Positions 11,396 through 24,300 of a stretch of 64,000 nucleotides of DNA are shown here, piece after piece. A model generated the notes under the pieces. It was not told where the DNA came from. It did not search any database and saw only the letters and a list, made by a program, of their open reading frames with translations. Both the position numbers and the translations under genes were made by a program. Position 1 is the first letter of the stretch, and each line of letters opens with the position of its first letter. The DNA comes from Basidiobolus meristosporus CBS 931.73 (lineage: Eukaryota > Fungi > Basidiobolomycota): contig MCFE01000131.1 in NCBI GenBank assembly GCA_002104905.1, positions 1-64,000 of the forward strand, written 5' to 3'.

Positions 11396-14300
11396 CTCCA
11401 ACTAAGCTAAATGTTCATACTCACTAGTCCTAATTTTGACCTAAGATATTCAAACTTCTCTCTAGCTAATGGTTTAGTAAATATGTCTGCAATCATTTCA
11501 TCTGTAGGACAGTAAACTAAGCTAACTAAGTTATTCCCTATAGCTTCACGTATGAAATGATGTCTAATATCTATGTGCTAGGTTCTAGCATGAAAAGTTG
11601 GATTTCTACCTAATTGTATACATCCTTGATTATCTTGAAATAAAGTAATAGGCATTTTTTGACATAGGCCTAAATCTGTAAAGAGCTTTCTTAACCACAT
11701 TGCTTCTTTTGTAGCTTCACAGGCTGCCATGAACTCTGCCTCTGAGGTAGAAAGTGCTACGGTTGGTTGCTTTCTTAAGTTCCAGGAAATTGCTCCTTTA
11801 CAGTTAAGAAAGGTGTATCCTGTGGTGGATCTTCTGTCTTCAAATTTTGTCCCCAATCAGCATCAGAGTATCCCACAGGATCCTGTTCTGAATCCTTATA
11901 AGTGTATCTTAAGCAGATATCAGCAGTTCCTTTTAGGTATCCAAAAATCCGCTTAACTGCTGAAATATGATCAGATCCACAGTTCTGATTATATTGACTG
12001 ACAACTCCCACTGAATATGAAATATCTGAGCATGTTCCAAGCATAATATACCTCAGACAGCTGATCATAGATTGATAAGGAAAGTCAGGGCTTTCAGATG
12101 GCACCAAGCTCTCTTGATTTGGTTGAGTTTTCACCATGTTAAGGTTTGTCTCCATTGGGGTAGCTGCCGGTTTACAGTCATCCATTTTGTACTTCTTTAG
12201 TATATCCTGAATATACTTGGATTGGCTTAGGGTGATAGTCTGGGACTTCTGTCTATAGGGATCTTAACCTCAAAGTAGTAACTGAGTGCTCCTAGATTGG
12301 ACATCTTGAAGTCTTTAGATAGGATGGATTTAGTCTCTTCCAATGTTGCGAGGTTATTGGCAGATATGATAAAATCATCCACATATAGAGCTAATAAAAC
12401 TGGATTTGCTCTATCTGGATTATAGTATATACTATAGTCAGCATTACTCCTTTTGAAACTTAAAAATTCCAAATAAGAATCTATTTTGCAATTCCAGGCC
12501 ATTGGTGATTGTTTGAGCCCATATTAATATTTTTTAAGCTTGCCAACCAAATGGAGGTTATCTTGGCCAGCAAGCCCATCAGGCTGGTCCATACACACAT
12601 CCTCATCAAGCTCTCTATCCAATAATGTAGTATTTACATCCATTTGATGAATCAAAAACTTATATCTGGCTGCAAAAGTCAATATCAATCTGATGGAATT
12701 AAACTTGGCTACCCATGCAAATGTCTCAGTATAGTCAAGCCCTCTTGTTTGAGAGTATCCTTTGGCCACAAGTCTTGCTTTGTAACCTTCAGATGTACCA
12801 TCAGCCTTATACTTTGTCTTAAAGACCCATCTGCATCCAATTGATTTTGGTTGATTAGTAATTTGACTAAGTCCCAAGTTTGATTTTCCATCAGAGCCTA
12901 ATATTCCTCAGTCATTGCAGATCTCCAAAACTTTGTCTGAGGGCTATTTAGGGCCTCTTTCACAGTCTGGGGTCTATCAATATGGACTGAATAGGCATAG
13001 GCTAAGTTTGTACCCTCATTGATATAGCAATTTGGGCTATTTCTTGTCTGATTGGATCTCCAGGCATTTGATACTGGAATGATCACTTCTGGGATATTCC
13101 TGGGCACTGCTTCAGGCTGAACTACAGTTGTAGAGTCCTCTGGGGTAAAAATTTACATTGTTTTGCTCTCATTCAATTATGACAATTGGTGGACCTGAGT
13201 TCAGATATTTGTCATTATCTGATGTCATTTTTTGTCAGAGTTTTGAATTTTCATCAAATAATGCATCCCTGGACCTGATCAGCTTCTTTGCTTTGGTATT
13301 GTAGAGTCTGTATGCTTTACTCTCATTGAAGTAGCCCAAAAATATGCATTTTACATTTTTTAGCTCAAATTTTAACTGATATCTGGGCAGTTACTTGGTA
13401 AATGCTGTACACCCAAATATTCTGAGCTGTTCTGCACTTGGTCTGTATCCTTACCATGCTTCAAATGGAGTAGAATCACAAAATATTCTGTTATAACTCC
13501 TATTTTTAAGGTATACAGCTGTGGCAGCTGATTCCACCCAAAAACCATAGGATAATTTTTGATCATGGATCATAGATCTTGCCATATCCATATTGATCTG
13601 TTGGCACATTCTGCTACTCCATTTTGCTGTGGGGAGTATGCCACAGTAGTCTCTTGCTTTATCCCAAGAATTTTGCAGACGTGGATGCAGAGTTTGCGGT
13701 ATATTCACCACCAGTGTCAGAGCCTATTTTCTTGATTTTTTCACCAGTTTCTCTCTCCACCAAGACTTTAAACTCCCTGAACTTAGACAGAGCTTCTTCC
13801 TTTCTCTCCATGAAGTAGACCCACATATATCTTGTATAACCATCTATAAAAGTGATTTAATACTTCATCCTGCCTAAGGATAAATTTTGCATAGGTCCAC
13901 ACAGATCTGAGTGAATTAGATCTAATTTTTTCTTATCTTTGGTCAATGCAGAGCTCTTGAACGGTTGTCTGACTTGTCTCCCATATATGCAGACTTCACA
14001 GTGCTCCAAATTAGCTGGGGGATCAACTTTTACTTTGGAAATTAGCTGATCTTTGATCATTTTGCACCAATAATCAAAATTGATGTGCCCAAATCTCCTA
14101 TGCCAAAGCATTGGTGTTTCTTCATTTAAGTTACTTTTAGCGGCTTCCAGATATGATGGAATATAAGTCAACTTGTATAGGTTCTGATCTCTGATACCCA
14201 AAGCAATATGGGCACCATTTTGATCAGTGATCCTGCATCCAGAATTGTCAAAGCTGAATCTGAGTCCTTCTAGTGTAGCTTTGCTTACAGATAGTAGGTT

Positions 14301-14454
14301 CTTGGCTATTTCTGGTACATAGAGTACTTCATTAAAGGTCAGTGTATGGCTTCCTTCACTGCTTCTAGGTTTACTTGCATAGTTGCTTCTCCCACTGCAT
14401 CAAGTGTTCTATTGTTGCCCATAAAAACCTTCTTAATTGGAATTTCTTGATATT

Positions 14455-14665
14455 AGACTTGTTCCATTGTGCCATTGATCATAGTGCCAGTGAGTGCTGT
14501 ATATTTTGTTATTAATTTGATATTTTAGGGTCATATGCATGTCAATTTTGATCCCAAATTGGCACTCTATGGCACCATCTGGCACTCTGTGGCATGATCA
14601 GGCACCATCTGGCATGCTATGGCACTATTTGGCACTATGATCAGCTGAAATGATGGAACAAGTCT
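14455..14665. mobile_element. 211-bp MITE with AGACTTGTTCCA TIRs and ATT TSD
   Basis: ATT|AGACTTGTTCCATT...ATGGAACAAGTCT|ATT. The paralogous copia sequence near 10700 shows the empty site (GATATTGGGTG) with a single ATT. Confidence 0.9.
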
Positions 14666-15576
14666 ATTAGGTAAAAAGTGCTTTTTGGTGTGTACAGTGT
14701 TGAGATGCTCCAGAGTCAATATACCACATCAGAGAATCCTTGTTTGTGGTCATATTTAGTGCAGATATGAATAGTCAATCTTTAGTTGTTACAACATTTC
14801 CATATTCAGGCTTTTTCTGCTGACTGCCTGTCTTTTTGAAGCACCAGTTTGATGTATGTGCTTTCCTTTTGCAGTAGTTGGAAAACAGGTTGCTATTGCC
14901 TTTGAAAGGTCTTGGGTATCATCTTTGTTGGTTATCATTGCTTATTAAAGCATTTTCTACTTCCTTCTTAATGGTGGTTGATTTTCTTAATTCTTCATCC
15001 ATAAGCCTTCCATATACATAATTTAAGGTCAAATCGTCAGTTCTGGACTCTAGGGCTGATGCAAGGCCCTGAAGCTTCTCTGTCAGGCTATTCATGATGG
15101 TAACTGTCACATCCTTATCAGTAGTTGGTACACCCGCAGATTCTATCTCATCCACCAGCAGGGAAATTCTGTTAATTGGATTTCTTATTTCTTCTCCTGG
15201 CTGCATCTCTGTAGTAAGGAGTTTTCATCTCAGATACATCTTCTTAGCAGCTGAACATGACTGATAGGTGTCTTCTAATGCCTTCCAGGCATTCTTTACA
15301 GTTTTTGTTCTTGAGCATTGCATTGGCAGTTTGTCTTTGACATTGAGGAAAATGCAGTTAAAGGCACTTTGTTCTTTCTTCTGGTACTTTAAGGGATCCT
15401 CTGCCACATTTTTAGGAGGGAATTCCTCTCCCATGACAATGTCCCAAAGGCCTCTTTCTTGTAGCAGCATCTACATCTTCACCTTCCACACCTGGTAGTT
15501 ACATACATCCAACTCTTTAGCAGAGGGAAATGTTCTAGTAATAGCAGCAGTAGACATTGCAGAGAGTGACAGCTTG

Positions 15577-15588
15577 GGGCTCATAACC
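15577..15588 (-). promoter_or_regulatory. primer-binding site GGTTATGAGCCC (copia-type, internal tRNAi-Met priming)
   Basis: Immediately follows the 5' LTR and matches the GGTTATGGGCCC PBS of Drosophila copia-type elements at 11 of 12 positions. Confidence 0.8.
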
Positions 15589-15936
15589 TTTTGTAAGAGT
15601 CTTGGAGATGTTGGAAGTGATTTGGAGAGCAAGTAGATTATGTGGTTTTCACTTTGTGATTTATTTAATGTAAAAGTAGTAATTATACATTTACACAGTC
15701 TTGACATTACAAACATATAGAATAGGGTAAGGAAGGTCCCAAGAGCATGTGTGCAAAGTCTGGGGCTGTTTGGACAACTTTTAGAATTTTGATGCACTGG
15801 GTACCTGGTATTTTGGTGAAAATCTTCCAAGTAAGTCCCAACAAGGAATTTGGTCAGTATTCCTTAGAATTGGAGGGTAATAATCTAAGTGACGCAGTTA
15901 GGTGAATATTTAGGTGGAATTACAAATTTTACAACA
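15589..15936 (-). repeat. 5' LTR of copia family 1 element
   Basis: Direct repeat of 11048-11395, adjacent to the PBS. Confidence 0.9.
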
Positions 15937-16799
15937 GATACAAGGCCCTGAAGCTTGTCCTTCTGGCAATTCAGAAGGCTAACTATCACATCTTGATCAT
16001 TTGCTTAGCTGTGGAACATGACAGATAGGTGTCCTCTAATGCCTTCCAGGAATTCTTTACTATTTTTGCTCTGGAGCTTTGAATTAGCAATCAGTCTTCA
16101 ACATTGAGGCAAATGCAGTTAAAGGTGCTTTGTTCTTTCTTCTGGTGCTTTAAGGCTTCTTCTCCTATGACTTTATGAGGGCATTCTGCTCCCCTAACAA
16201 TATCCCTTCACCTTTCAGACTTGGTAGTAAGATCCATTCATCTCTTCAGCAGAGGGAAAAACTCCAGTGATTGCTGTGTAGACATTTCATAGATTAATAG
16301 CCTGGGCTCAAAATCTGTGGCAAGAGTCTTGGAGATATTGGAAGTGCTTAGGAGAACATGTAGATTATGTGGTTTTGTTGCAATATTCTGAAGAGTATTG
16401 GAAGTGATGTGGAGAACTAGAGGATTTACATGCTATTCACTTGTAGATTTATTGATCAAAAGTATGATATTTGTGCTTTTGATAAAGTAGAGCAAGCAAA
16501 CATGTAGCGCTTGCTGAGTAAGGTCCCAAGTATATGTGTGCAAAGTTTGGGGGCTTTTGGACAACTGTGAGAAAGATCATAATTTGGGTACCTGATAGTA
16601 TGGTGAAAATATTCTAAGTGAATCTCAACAAGAAATTTGGTCAGGACAAAATGCTAATCAAAGAATAAGATTTTTGTGACCAAGTTAGCATGAATATTTA
16701 GGTGACAACTTAATAATTACAACAGCTTTCACTTAGTGATTTATTGAATTCAAAAGCAGTATTTATATTGTAACCAGATACTCCCCATTTGGTCTGAAA

Positions 16800-17760
16800 G
16801 CTTAAAAAATTGCTAAACAAACTCAAACAATCACCAAGAGTCTAGAATTGCAAGACAGAATCTTAATTAAAACCTTTGCCTTTCCAAAGAAATATGGCAG
16901 ACTACAGTATCTAATACAAGTCAGATAATGCAAATCCAACTCTCTTAACTGTGTATGTGGACAATCTTACTACAGCCACCAATAACCAAGAAACATTGGA
17001 TGAGGCTGAATGCAGCTTATCTAAGAAGTTCAAAATGTCCAATGTAGGAGAGCTCAATTACTACCCAGGGATGCAGTCCTCCATAGAAAGAAGTAGATTA
17101 ATGATCATGTCAAGCCAGTCCAGGTATTTATAAGGTATTTTTAAGTAGTACCACATGTAAGACTGTAAACTGGCAGTAACACCAATGATAATAAGCATTT
17201 ATTTGATCAAAGCTCTACTAAATCAAGAGAGCATGTTGCAATCAGAAAGCCGGTCAGCAACCTGATGTATATCATGCTTGGAACCTGTCCAGATATTTCA
17301 TATTCAGTATGAGTTGTCAGCCAGCATAATCAGATATAAAAATCTGATCACATAGCAGCAGTTAAGTGAATTTTAGATACTAAAAGAAACAGTTGATATT
17401 TATTTAAGATACACCTATAAGCATTTAGAACAGGATCTTGCAGGATGCTCTGATGCTACTTGGGGACAATATTTGGAAGACCAAAGATACATCACAGGAT
17501 ACACCTTTCTGTATTCAATGGAGCCATTACCTGGACTCAAAGAAAGCAACCAGCCATAGCATTTCTCATCACAGAGGCAGAGTATATGGCAGCCTGTGAG
17601 GCTACAAAAGAGGCAATGTGGCCAAGCTAGCTTTTTAAAGACTTTGACCTATGCCATAAAGCACCTACAACATTATTTTAAGATATTCAGGGATATGTAC
17701 AATTAGGTAGAATTCCAGCTTTTCATACTAGCACTGAGCACATAGATATTAGACATCAGC
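16800..17760 (+). pseudogene. copia RT/RNase H remnant (family 1) in plus orientation
   Basis: YVDNL...SKKFKMSNVGELNYY (16951-17133) followed by RNase H-like segments (ITEAEYMAACEATKEAMW, HIDIRH). Antiparallel homologue of 11500-12500. Confidence 0.85.
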
Positions 17761-20593
17761 TCATAGTTGTATAGAGCCACAGGCTCCAAAAAAAGTTAGA
17801 AAAAGCCAGCGCAAAGCCATCTTTACAGCAACCAAATTTCTAGTTTCAATATCTCAAAAACTCTTACAACAAATATTGGTCTTTCAAAACATGTGATGAG
17901 CAAATAGGCAAATGGACCATGAATTATGCAATGCCCATGACTAGCTAGAATGCTACCAGCTAGACTTTGTACCTAGGAGCAAGTGGATGTAGAGTGTCAT
18001 AAATCCATTAAGACGATTGCATACCAGCACAAAATATTATAGTATTTGACAAATTGCACCTAGGGTAAGACAGGCAAATAGTAATTAGTCACATAATGGT
18101 CCGGATCTAGTAAATAGGAACGCTAGTCAAATAGTAAAAATATTGGCAATTATTCATCATAATCAGTCACTATCTGAAAATCAAATCCAGTTTGACAACG
18201 AATAAACAGACCAAAGATACTGTTTATGGTGACTACTCGGAAAGGGCCACTTATCCAAGAAGTATTACCTTTCGTTGACTCTATTGACACAATGCTCAAG
18301 TTTTACGCATCAAATTTGGAACTTCACCGCTTTAATTGAGGAAAGTATGCGCTTATGAGAAGCCCGGACCTAAAGCCCTTGCAATGCGCCTGGTCATTCA
18401 TGCACCTTCATCCTATACATAATCCGATTGCTCGGAATTTCAGGGATTCTTTGGCTACTTTTAGGGAATTTTGGGCCAGTCAAAAAGAGGGGAAATACTT
18501 GACCGACGGATGAGGACCACGCTAGATTGGTAAACCCTTACAAATTCCCAGTTCCAAGGACTTCAATCCCTAGCACAGGCGCCACTGGTGGTTGTTGAAA
18601 TCCAATGGATCTCTGATATATGCGGACTGAGCCTGAAGCAGACCAATTCGACACCGCAACTGAAATCCAATTTATCTACAGTGGTGGCCTTTCAAGCAGT
18701 GGGAATGGGAGTGTCTGTCGTGTGCCATTTTGATTGATTGGCTGGAAATGGCCATGATTTCCCATTCCGATAGTTAATTATTCCTTTCGAATCTGGTGCA
18801 CAGCTGGCAACAAATTCCACAACCAGTTTGCACAGGTTCCTCCAAACCGTGGAAGCGATAACCGGGCGGAAAGTCTCCGTGCTGGAGGCCAATCCGGATC
18901 AGCACGACATATTCACCAACCGGTCGTGTTATTAAAGCGTGGCGACGAAGTTAATTTCCTACCGGCTACACTAAATGTGGCAATCTCGATGGGCGGTGGA
19001 AACGGGTTGTGCACAAGAGATACGAGTATTCCTTGTGTCGGGCCAAAGACAACATAGTCGACTGCCGCGGAAGCTGTCATGTTACGCCTTGGCCGCCCAC
19101 CAAAGGTGCATGTGCCTGTTTGACCATCCAAGTGTGAGGTGCAGTGTGCGGTGGAGGCCAAGATACGAACAGCGAATCCTTCCTGGGGCGCATGATAGTA
19201 CCGGGGCGAATACGAAATGGCCTTCGCTTTGGGTGGTGCAAAATGCCGCTGTCGGTCGGTGGGACGGGATAGCATGAGAGCAAATGGTTTGCTCGGTGGA
19301 TGGCATCTCGAGCCATATCGTAATTCATTCGTCGGGTGGCTCCAAATATGGCGCATGCCTTCTAACGAACGATAAGACCGGTATACGTACGACAGTTGGA
19401 GCCACACAGTGCCTCAGATAGCTCGGCTGGATAGTGCAAGCAGTATATTTAGTAGGGATCGGAGGATTGGTGAGGAATCAGATGCTTGTCGCGCAGGTTG
19501 CATTTAAGATTGCCTACAGATAGCCGCGAGAAAGTCCCGGCTTCGGGGAGGGTTACGCACGTGCAACATGGGAACAATGTCTCCTACTCAACCGGTTTTC
19601 CAGCATCAAGCGCCAACCGCTAGCCAATCCCCGCTGCCCCGGTGAGAACTGCCAAAGCCGGCGGAGATCAAGGAAATCCCAACTGACGGGTGGGTTGGCA
19701 CGCTTGGAAGCGAGGTCTGGCGAGAGCTCGGGGTGGAGGCACAGGAGGCTGCAACTGCTCGTTGAGCGGCCTCATCGCACGAGCGCGATTCGTGTTGGAG
19801 GCCCCAGTTGAACGCACTATGGGACAGGTCGGCTGGCGCACAGAGTTGCCCGAAACTGCCCGCCCTAGCGACAACCGGCGAAGCATGGGTGATGGGCGAT
19901 GATGATCTTCGCCGACGAATGCACCGTAGGAAGTACCTGACTCGGAATTTGCGCACGAAAGAGCAGAGTTGAGCCGGAGAACCTGTCCTATTTACCAAAT
20001 CCAGCCACCAGCTCAGATATCTGGCAGGTGATCTCGAGCGTTCCCACCAGATCCAGCCGTGCCATGGCGGATTGCAAATGCGGAGCAGGCTGGCCACCTC
20101 GCTCGATGGGTGGTGCCACGGCACATACAGCGCTGACGCAAGCTACTGACTCGATGCCGAGGCTTGATCATCAGCCATCGGATCTAAGCTGCAACGTCCA
20201 TCCGCCGCGGGGGAACTGGATTCGGGGTCCCGATTCTGCGTACCACCCTACCCAGGGCCACCACTCTGAAGCAGCAATCCGATTTAAACTGGTTTATTCG
20301 TGCTCACATGGGGTGTACTACATTTCGCTTCTCATAAGATTCGATTCACTCGACTTCGCAGCCACAGCACCCTGGACAGGCAATAGATCGGTCTGCCTCT
20401 CGTCTCTGGCTGCCGTCGCGCAACGCTTCCCCACAAAATATGGCCTGCATTTCCGAGCGGAACACATCGGGCAGTCGCGTATCGCGGGGTGGTGCAGCGC
20501 CCGATGGCCGAGCACGGGGGAACGGGCGTTGGCGGGTAGGCAGAGGAAGGGAGGGGACGGGAAAGGAGAGGGAAGCTTGACCGCGTGCATGGC

Positions 20594-21874
20594 CTACAGA
20601 TACTTGATGAAGTTGGACTTGTGTGCCTTGCGGTTGGGTCCGGGGAGCAGGGTGGATGGGGCGGACCCCTGGCCAGCCAGGAGCTGGACCGAGTTTCGCT
20701 CCCACACGTCGCGGCCCAGGTCCCCCTTACTGCTCCTGGACTGGGACTGGGACTGGGCTAGTGTTTGGAGGGGGATGGTGACGGTGATGGACTCGCGATC
20801 GATGTCGCTGCCCGTGCTCTCGGTGTGGTGGTGATGGGTGCCGAGATACTTCTCCCGGGTCTCCTCCGGCTCATCGGTGAACTTCTGGTACTTGACGTTG
20901 ATGGTCTTCGGGGACGGCAGGCTGACGCCGGACTTGTTCTCCTGGTAGCCGGAGGTGGTGGTGATGCTGAGGCTGAACGACTTCCCCGACCGCAGCTCCC
21001 GCCAGAACAGCTGGAACGCGGGGTCGAACATGAACACCACCGCGTTGAGAAGCCCCATGCACACGGGGGTGACCGCGGAGAGCACGTAGAGAGTGGAGTT
21101 CATGTCGCGGCTGACGAAGGTGTCGAACTCGCTGACGAAGTTGAAGGTTTGGGTGACGATGGGGATGAGGGGGTAGAGGGCGATTCTCCGCACCGCGCGG
21201 CTGGTCTTGTGGCCAATCAGGTGGCTGTGGATGGGCCCGGTGTTGTTGGCCAGTCGTTTGTTGTTGACGTGCAGCTTCCAGGCCACCATGATGACCGCTA
21301 GCACACAGTAGGCCACCCCAAGAAGGATCCATCCGTAGAAGGTCAGCACCTCCCAGAGAATGGTCCCGGTGGTATAGGTCGACTGGTACCAGCACGAGTT
21401 CACCGCAGGATCCAGCTGGAACTGCTTGGCGACCACCGGCAGCAGGCTGATCAGAAGGGAGACCGCCACGCACACGGGCACGTAGAGGCGCTGGTAGCGC
21501 AGCAGGTTCTTGGAGCCGTGGACGAACACCATCTGCAGGTTGAAGCCGATGGCCACGGTCAGGAAGATCGGCAGCAGGGTGAACTCCACATAGCCCCATA
21601 GGAAGAAGGAGCACGTGGCGTTGGAGACGAGGGTGCTGGCCAGCAGCAGGGAGAAGATGCTGAACAGGAGATCGCTGCATGCGATCCAGAAGGTGAGTGT
21701 GAGGGAGACGCGGCTCCCCACCTCCGCTTTCCACGAGCGAATGCACAGGATGGTGATGATGACGACGACCGCTCCCACCAGAGAGAGGGAGGAGAGGACA
21801 AGGACCGCGATGGCCTTGGCGTCGATGTCTTTGCTAAGTGCGCTGTCATAGTTGATCGTTTCCTCGCCAGCCAT
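20594..21874 (-). CDS. 7TM G-protein-coupled receptor, cAMP-receptor-like (Dicty_CAR/Git3-type), intronless, 426 aa
   Basis: Seven hydrophobic segments. TM2 motif WIACSDLL, extracellular Cys in ATC and SCWY, TM6 RRIALYPLIP, TM7 GLLNAVVFMFDP, and a Ser/Thr-rich cytoplasmic tail. Third codon positions are strongly G/C. Confidence 0.9.
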   Translation of the reverse strand: MAGEETINYDSALSKDIDAKAIAVLVLSSLSLVGAVVVIITILCIRSWKAEVGSRVSLTLTFWIACSDLLFSIFSLLLASTLVSNATCSFFLWGYVEFTLLPIFLTVAIGFNLQMVFVHGSKNLLRYQRLYVPVCVAVSLLISLLPVVAKQFQLDPAVNSCWYQSTYTTGTILWEVLTFYGWILLGVAYCVLAVIMVAWKLHVNNKRLANNTGPIHSHLIGHKTSRAVRRIALYPLIPIVTQTFNFVSEFDTFVSRDMNSTLYVLSAVTPVCMGLLNAVVFMFDPAFQLFWRELRSGKSFSLSITTTSGYQENKSGVSLPSPKTINVKYQKFTDEPEETREKYLGTHHHHTESTGSDIDRESITVTIPLQTLAQSQSQSRSSKGDLGRDVWERNSVQLLAGQGSAPSTLLPGPNRKAHKSNFIKYL

Positions 21875-21912
21875 GATGGATGCCAGCCGCGCACCAACCT
21901 CTGGTCACCCGG

Positions 21913-21920
21913 TATATATA
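21913..21920 (-). promoter_or_regulatory. TATA box upstream of the GPCR
   Basis: TATATATA about 40 nt upstream of the ATG in an otherwise GC-rich context. Confidence 0.55.
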
Positions 21921-23533
21921 GCTACCGCTGCGCATCTGCACCTGACTGGTTTCACCGCGCACATCATACCTCGGTAACCAATCAGCGTCCGGTGGAGTGG
22001 GGCCACGTGAAGCAGCCCTCCAAATCGGGCCTCCTCGCTGAAGGATTTCTTCGGGCATGTGATGAAGTTTCTTCATTCCCCCCCATCAGGCAGATGCTGA
22101 GATCTGATGTGAACTTCACATGGGAGAAGGCCTGCCCGTGGAGTCATCGTGGCACATCCCCCTGCTCGCTGAATCCCGATGGAAAGTGTCTTGCGAGACA
22201 GCTCGCGTCACCCGGGCCCCATCCCTACTGGCCACCATGTCACAGGATGTACCAGTGACGGAGCCAGGCTCATCCAAATCAGATGGACGTTTGCTATCTA
22301 TCTACAGCGAATCCAGAGGGAGAGTGGCGTGATTCTCTAGGGGAGGGGATGGGAAGGGAAGCGATGGCTCCAGCTGGATCCTTATCGCCCATCGAATCCT
22401 CCCCCAATCCCCAAGCCAATGGGTCCGTGGCATCTCTGCTGACCAACCTCCGGGAATCCAAACGCAGTCCCGTAATGCATACTGTCCGACCATCTTGTGC
22501 CCATCTCCGGGATGGGTCGTCTCGTCAGAGCCATCCGCCACCGGGGAGTCCCATCGATGCTGTTGACAGGCTAGGGTCTCGTCCGTTGTCCCACCGCCGA
22601 TTCCTCTGCATCCCAAACGAACATGACCCATACCACCTGCGCGTAGCCTCCTAGCCGCCAGGCGCCTCAGGCGACCTTGCGTGAAGGAGACATGGCGGTG
22701 GACCGGGGGGGATAGATGCCGTCCGGTTGTGGTTCCTGATGGGCAACTCGGCTAAGCCCACCTATGGTAGATACGCTTCCCTAGGCTCCGCCCATCGCCA
22801 CCCGGCCCACCTCTTTAGCCGATCTTTGTCAGGGACATCCATCACCATCTAATCTACCCTCGTATCTGCATCCATGATGTACCCTGGATGTTGGCTGATC
22901 CCCCATCAGTGAGATCGATCACTTCCACTGCCTGTGGCCCAGGATTCTCCCAATGGAATGTTCTTACCATTCCGCATAGAGTCAGTTCACCAACAGGTGC
23001 ACATAAGCCGCCACTCACGATATTGAATCCCCACAAACACTTAGCTCCGGGCAGTCGCCTCCTCGCAGCAGTGTACTTGTTGTCCTTTGCAGCCAGGGGG
23101 CCTGACGGCCCAACAGGTCGCTGTCTGGTCTAGAAGGTCTTGGAACAAGGAACGTAGAGGAATCCAGCAATGCTCTCAAGGCACCTGTTCATTGGTGTTT
23201 GAGACCAAGTCAATAGTACTTTTGCGGTAGCCATTATTACCCCCAGACTTATAGCCTTACCATCTACTAATTAGACAACGGGATCTTCCTTCACCCGCAA
23301 CACCCATGTTTATCTTCGGTCTCCTAGCTCAGTAGTTGAGTGATTTCTTTTTGTACCTTCCACCTCCTTTTGCTGGATTCCAGAGTGCTACATTTCAATC
23401 CTACACAATGGAATATTCCAAAGAAGACTCACTGCAGACCCTCCACCCCAATCTATACATGGAGATCATCTGTCAAAGTGCAGAGCAACCACCAGACCTA
23501 TCCTAACAAGCTTTTGTTGCACTATTTGGTGTA

Positions 23534-24300
23534 TTATGTGCCCCAAGTTCTTTCCCACAAAAAATACCTTACTGACTTGTGTTCCGCAATTCTTTTTTGA
23601 GCATTCAAACAAATGGGTGGCATCTTGACTGTGCCACTTGGAGCAACAGTAGCGCAGAAGGCAGAGGCTGAGGTGGTATAAGCACCCTTCTTTGAGTGCT
23701 CATCAACCTCAATGGAGAGCTGCTTAGCAGACCACACTTCAGCCACTTCTGAAAGTAGCTGTTGTATTGTTGATAGCTCTTCCAGGCCAATGTACAACCT
23801 GAAGAATTCTTGACTGACCATATCAATACTTGAAGGCAAGATTGCCCTGGCAAATTTTTCACAGAGTGGGACAATCTTTCACACTTTCCTGCACTCTGGC
23901 ACTATGGTGCAGCCATGGATGATTGTAGCAACCTCTGAAGAGGAGCCCACATCAATATTTAGATGTTTAAAATTGAGTATGTCAAGTTTGGTATCTAAAC
24001 ATGCCTCTATAAAGGAAATAGAAACAAGGTCTATTACATTTCAAAGTATAGTGTCAGATAGGACTTTGAAACAATCCGTATTGTTGGACAAATGGCTAGT
24101 GTCTGATTAACCCAAAATCAGTAAAGACTCTGTACATATCACACAGGCCCAAGGGTTATGAGTTGTCATGCATGCTGACCATTCAGTATCTTGCAGCATA
24201 TCATGGTCAAAGCAATCTGAACAACATGAAGCTGCATAGTCAGGATCATTATGCATTTACAGACAGGATTGAGGATCTGCTGAGTCATTTGAATGCAGGG
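23534..24300 (-). pseudogene. unidentified degenerate coding region (~250 codons in one frame with a few stops)
   Basis: One frame reads MHNDPDYAASCCSDCFDHD...WACVICTESLL...EKFARAILPSSIDMVSQEFFRLYIGLEEL...KRIAEHKS with only isolated TAA/TGA stops. CpG-depleted like the TEs. Confidence 0.5.

Larger units (their letters stand above)
11048..15936 (-). mobile_element. full-length but degenerate Ty1/copia LTR retrotransposon (family 1), ~4.9 kb
   Basis: Two 348-bp LTRs. Internal order gag (UBN2-like), zinc knuckle, protease, GAG-pre-integrase (WHRRFGH), integrase (LDLIHSDLCGPM), RT (YKARLVAKGYSQ, YVDD), RNase H (GYSDADW, STSEAEF). Flanks are GAAAC/GATAC (5-bp TSD, one mismatch). Many stops and frameshifts. 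Confidence 0.93.
9646..16724 (-). mobile_element. older Ty1/copia element (family 1), split by a nested copy: gag-protease-integrase remnant 9646-11047 plus 15937-16315, and 5' LTR 16316-16724
   Basis: Integrase fragment WAESLVTAVYLKNRS...SKAYRLYN (9630-9959). The gag sequence continues across the nested insertion. PBS-like GATTTTGAGCCCAG lies next to the LTR. The RT/RNase H part is missing. Confidence 0.8.

Noticed and set aside
11048-15936. RIP-like hypermutation as the cause of TE decay
   Set aside because: LTR-to-LTR differences are mostly transitions but fall in CpA, CpT and CpC contexts alike, with some transversions. Only the CpG loss is clearly specific.
18600-20590. Overlapping 66-172 aa ORFs downstream of the GPCR
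   Set aside because: Expected by chance in GC-rich DNA. No domain or splice support.
20028-21897. Long ORFs of 268, 291, 178 and 112 aa overlapping the GPCR
   Set aside because: Shadow frames caused by the GPCR's G/C-ending codons.
21992-23133. Short ORFs upstream of the GPCR
   Set aside because: Low-complexity, no homology cues; probably regulatory DNA.
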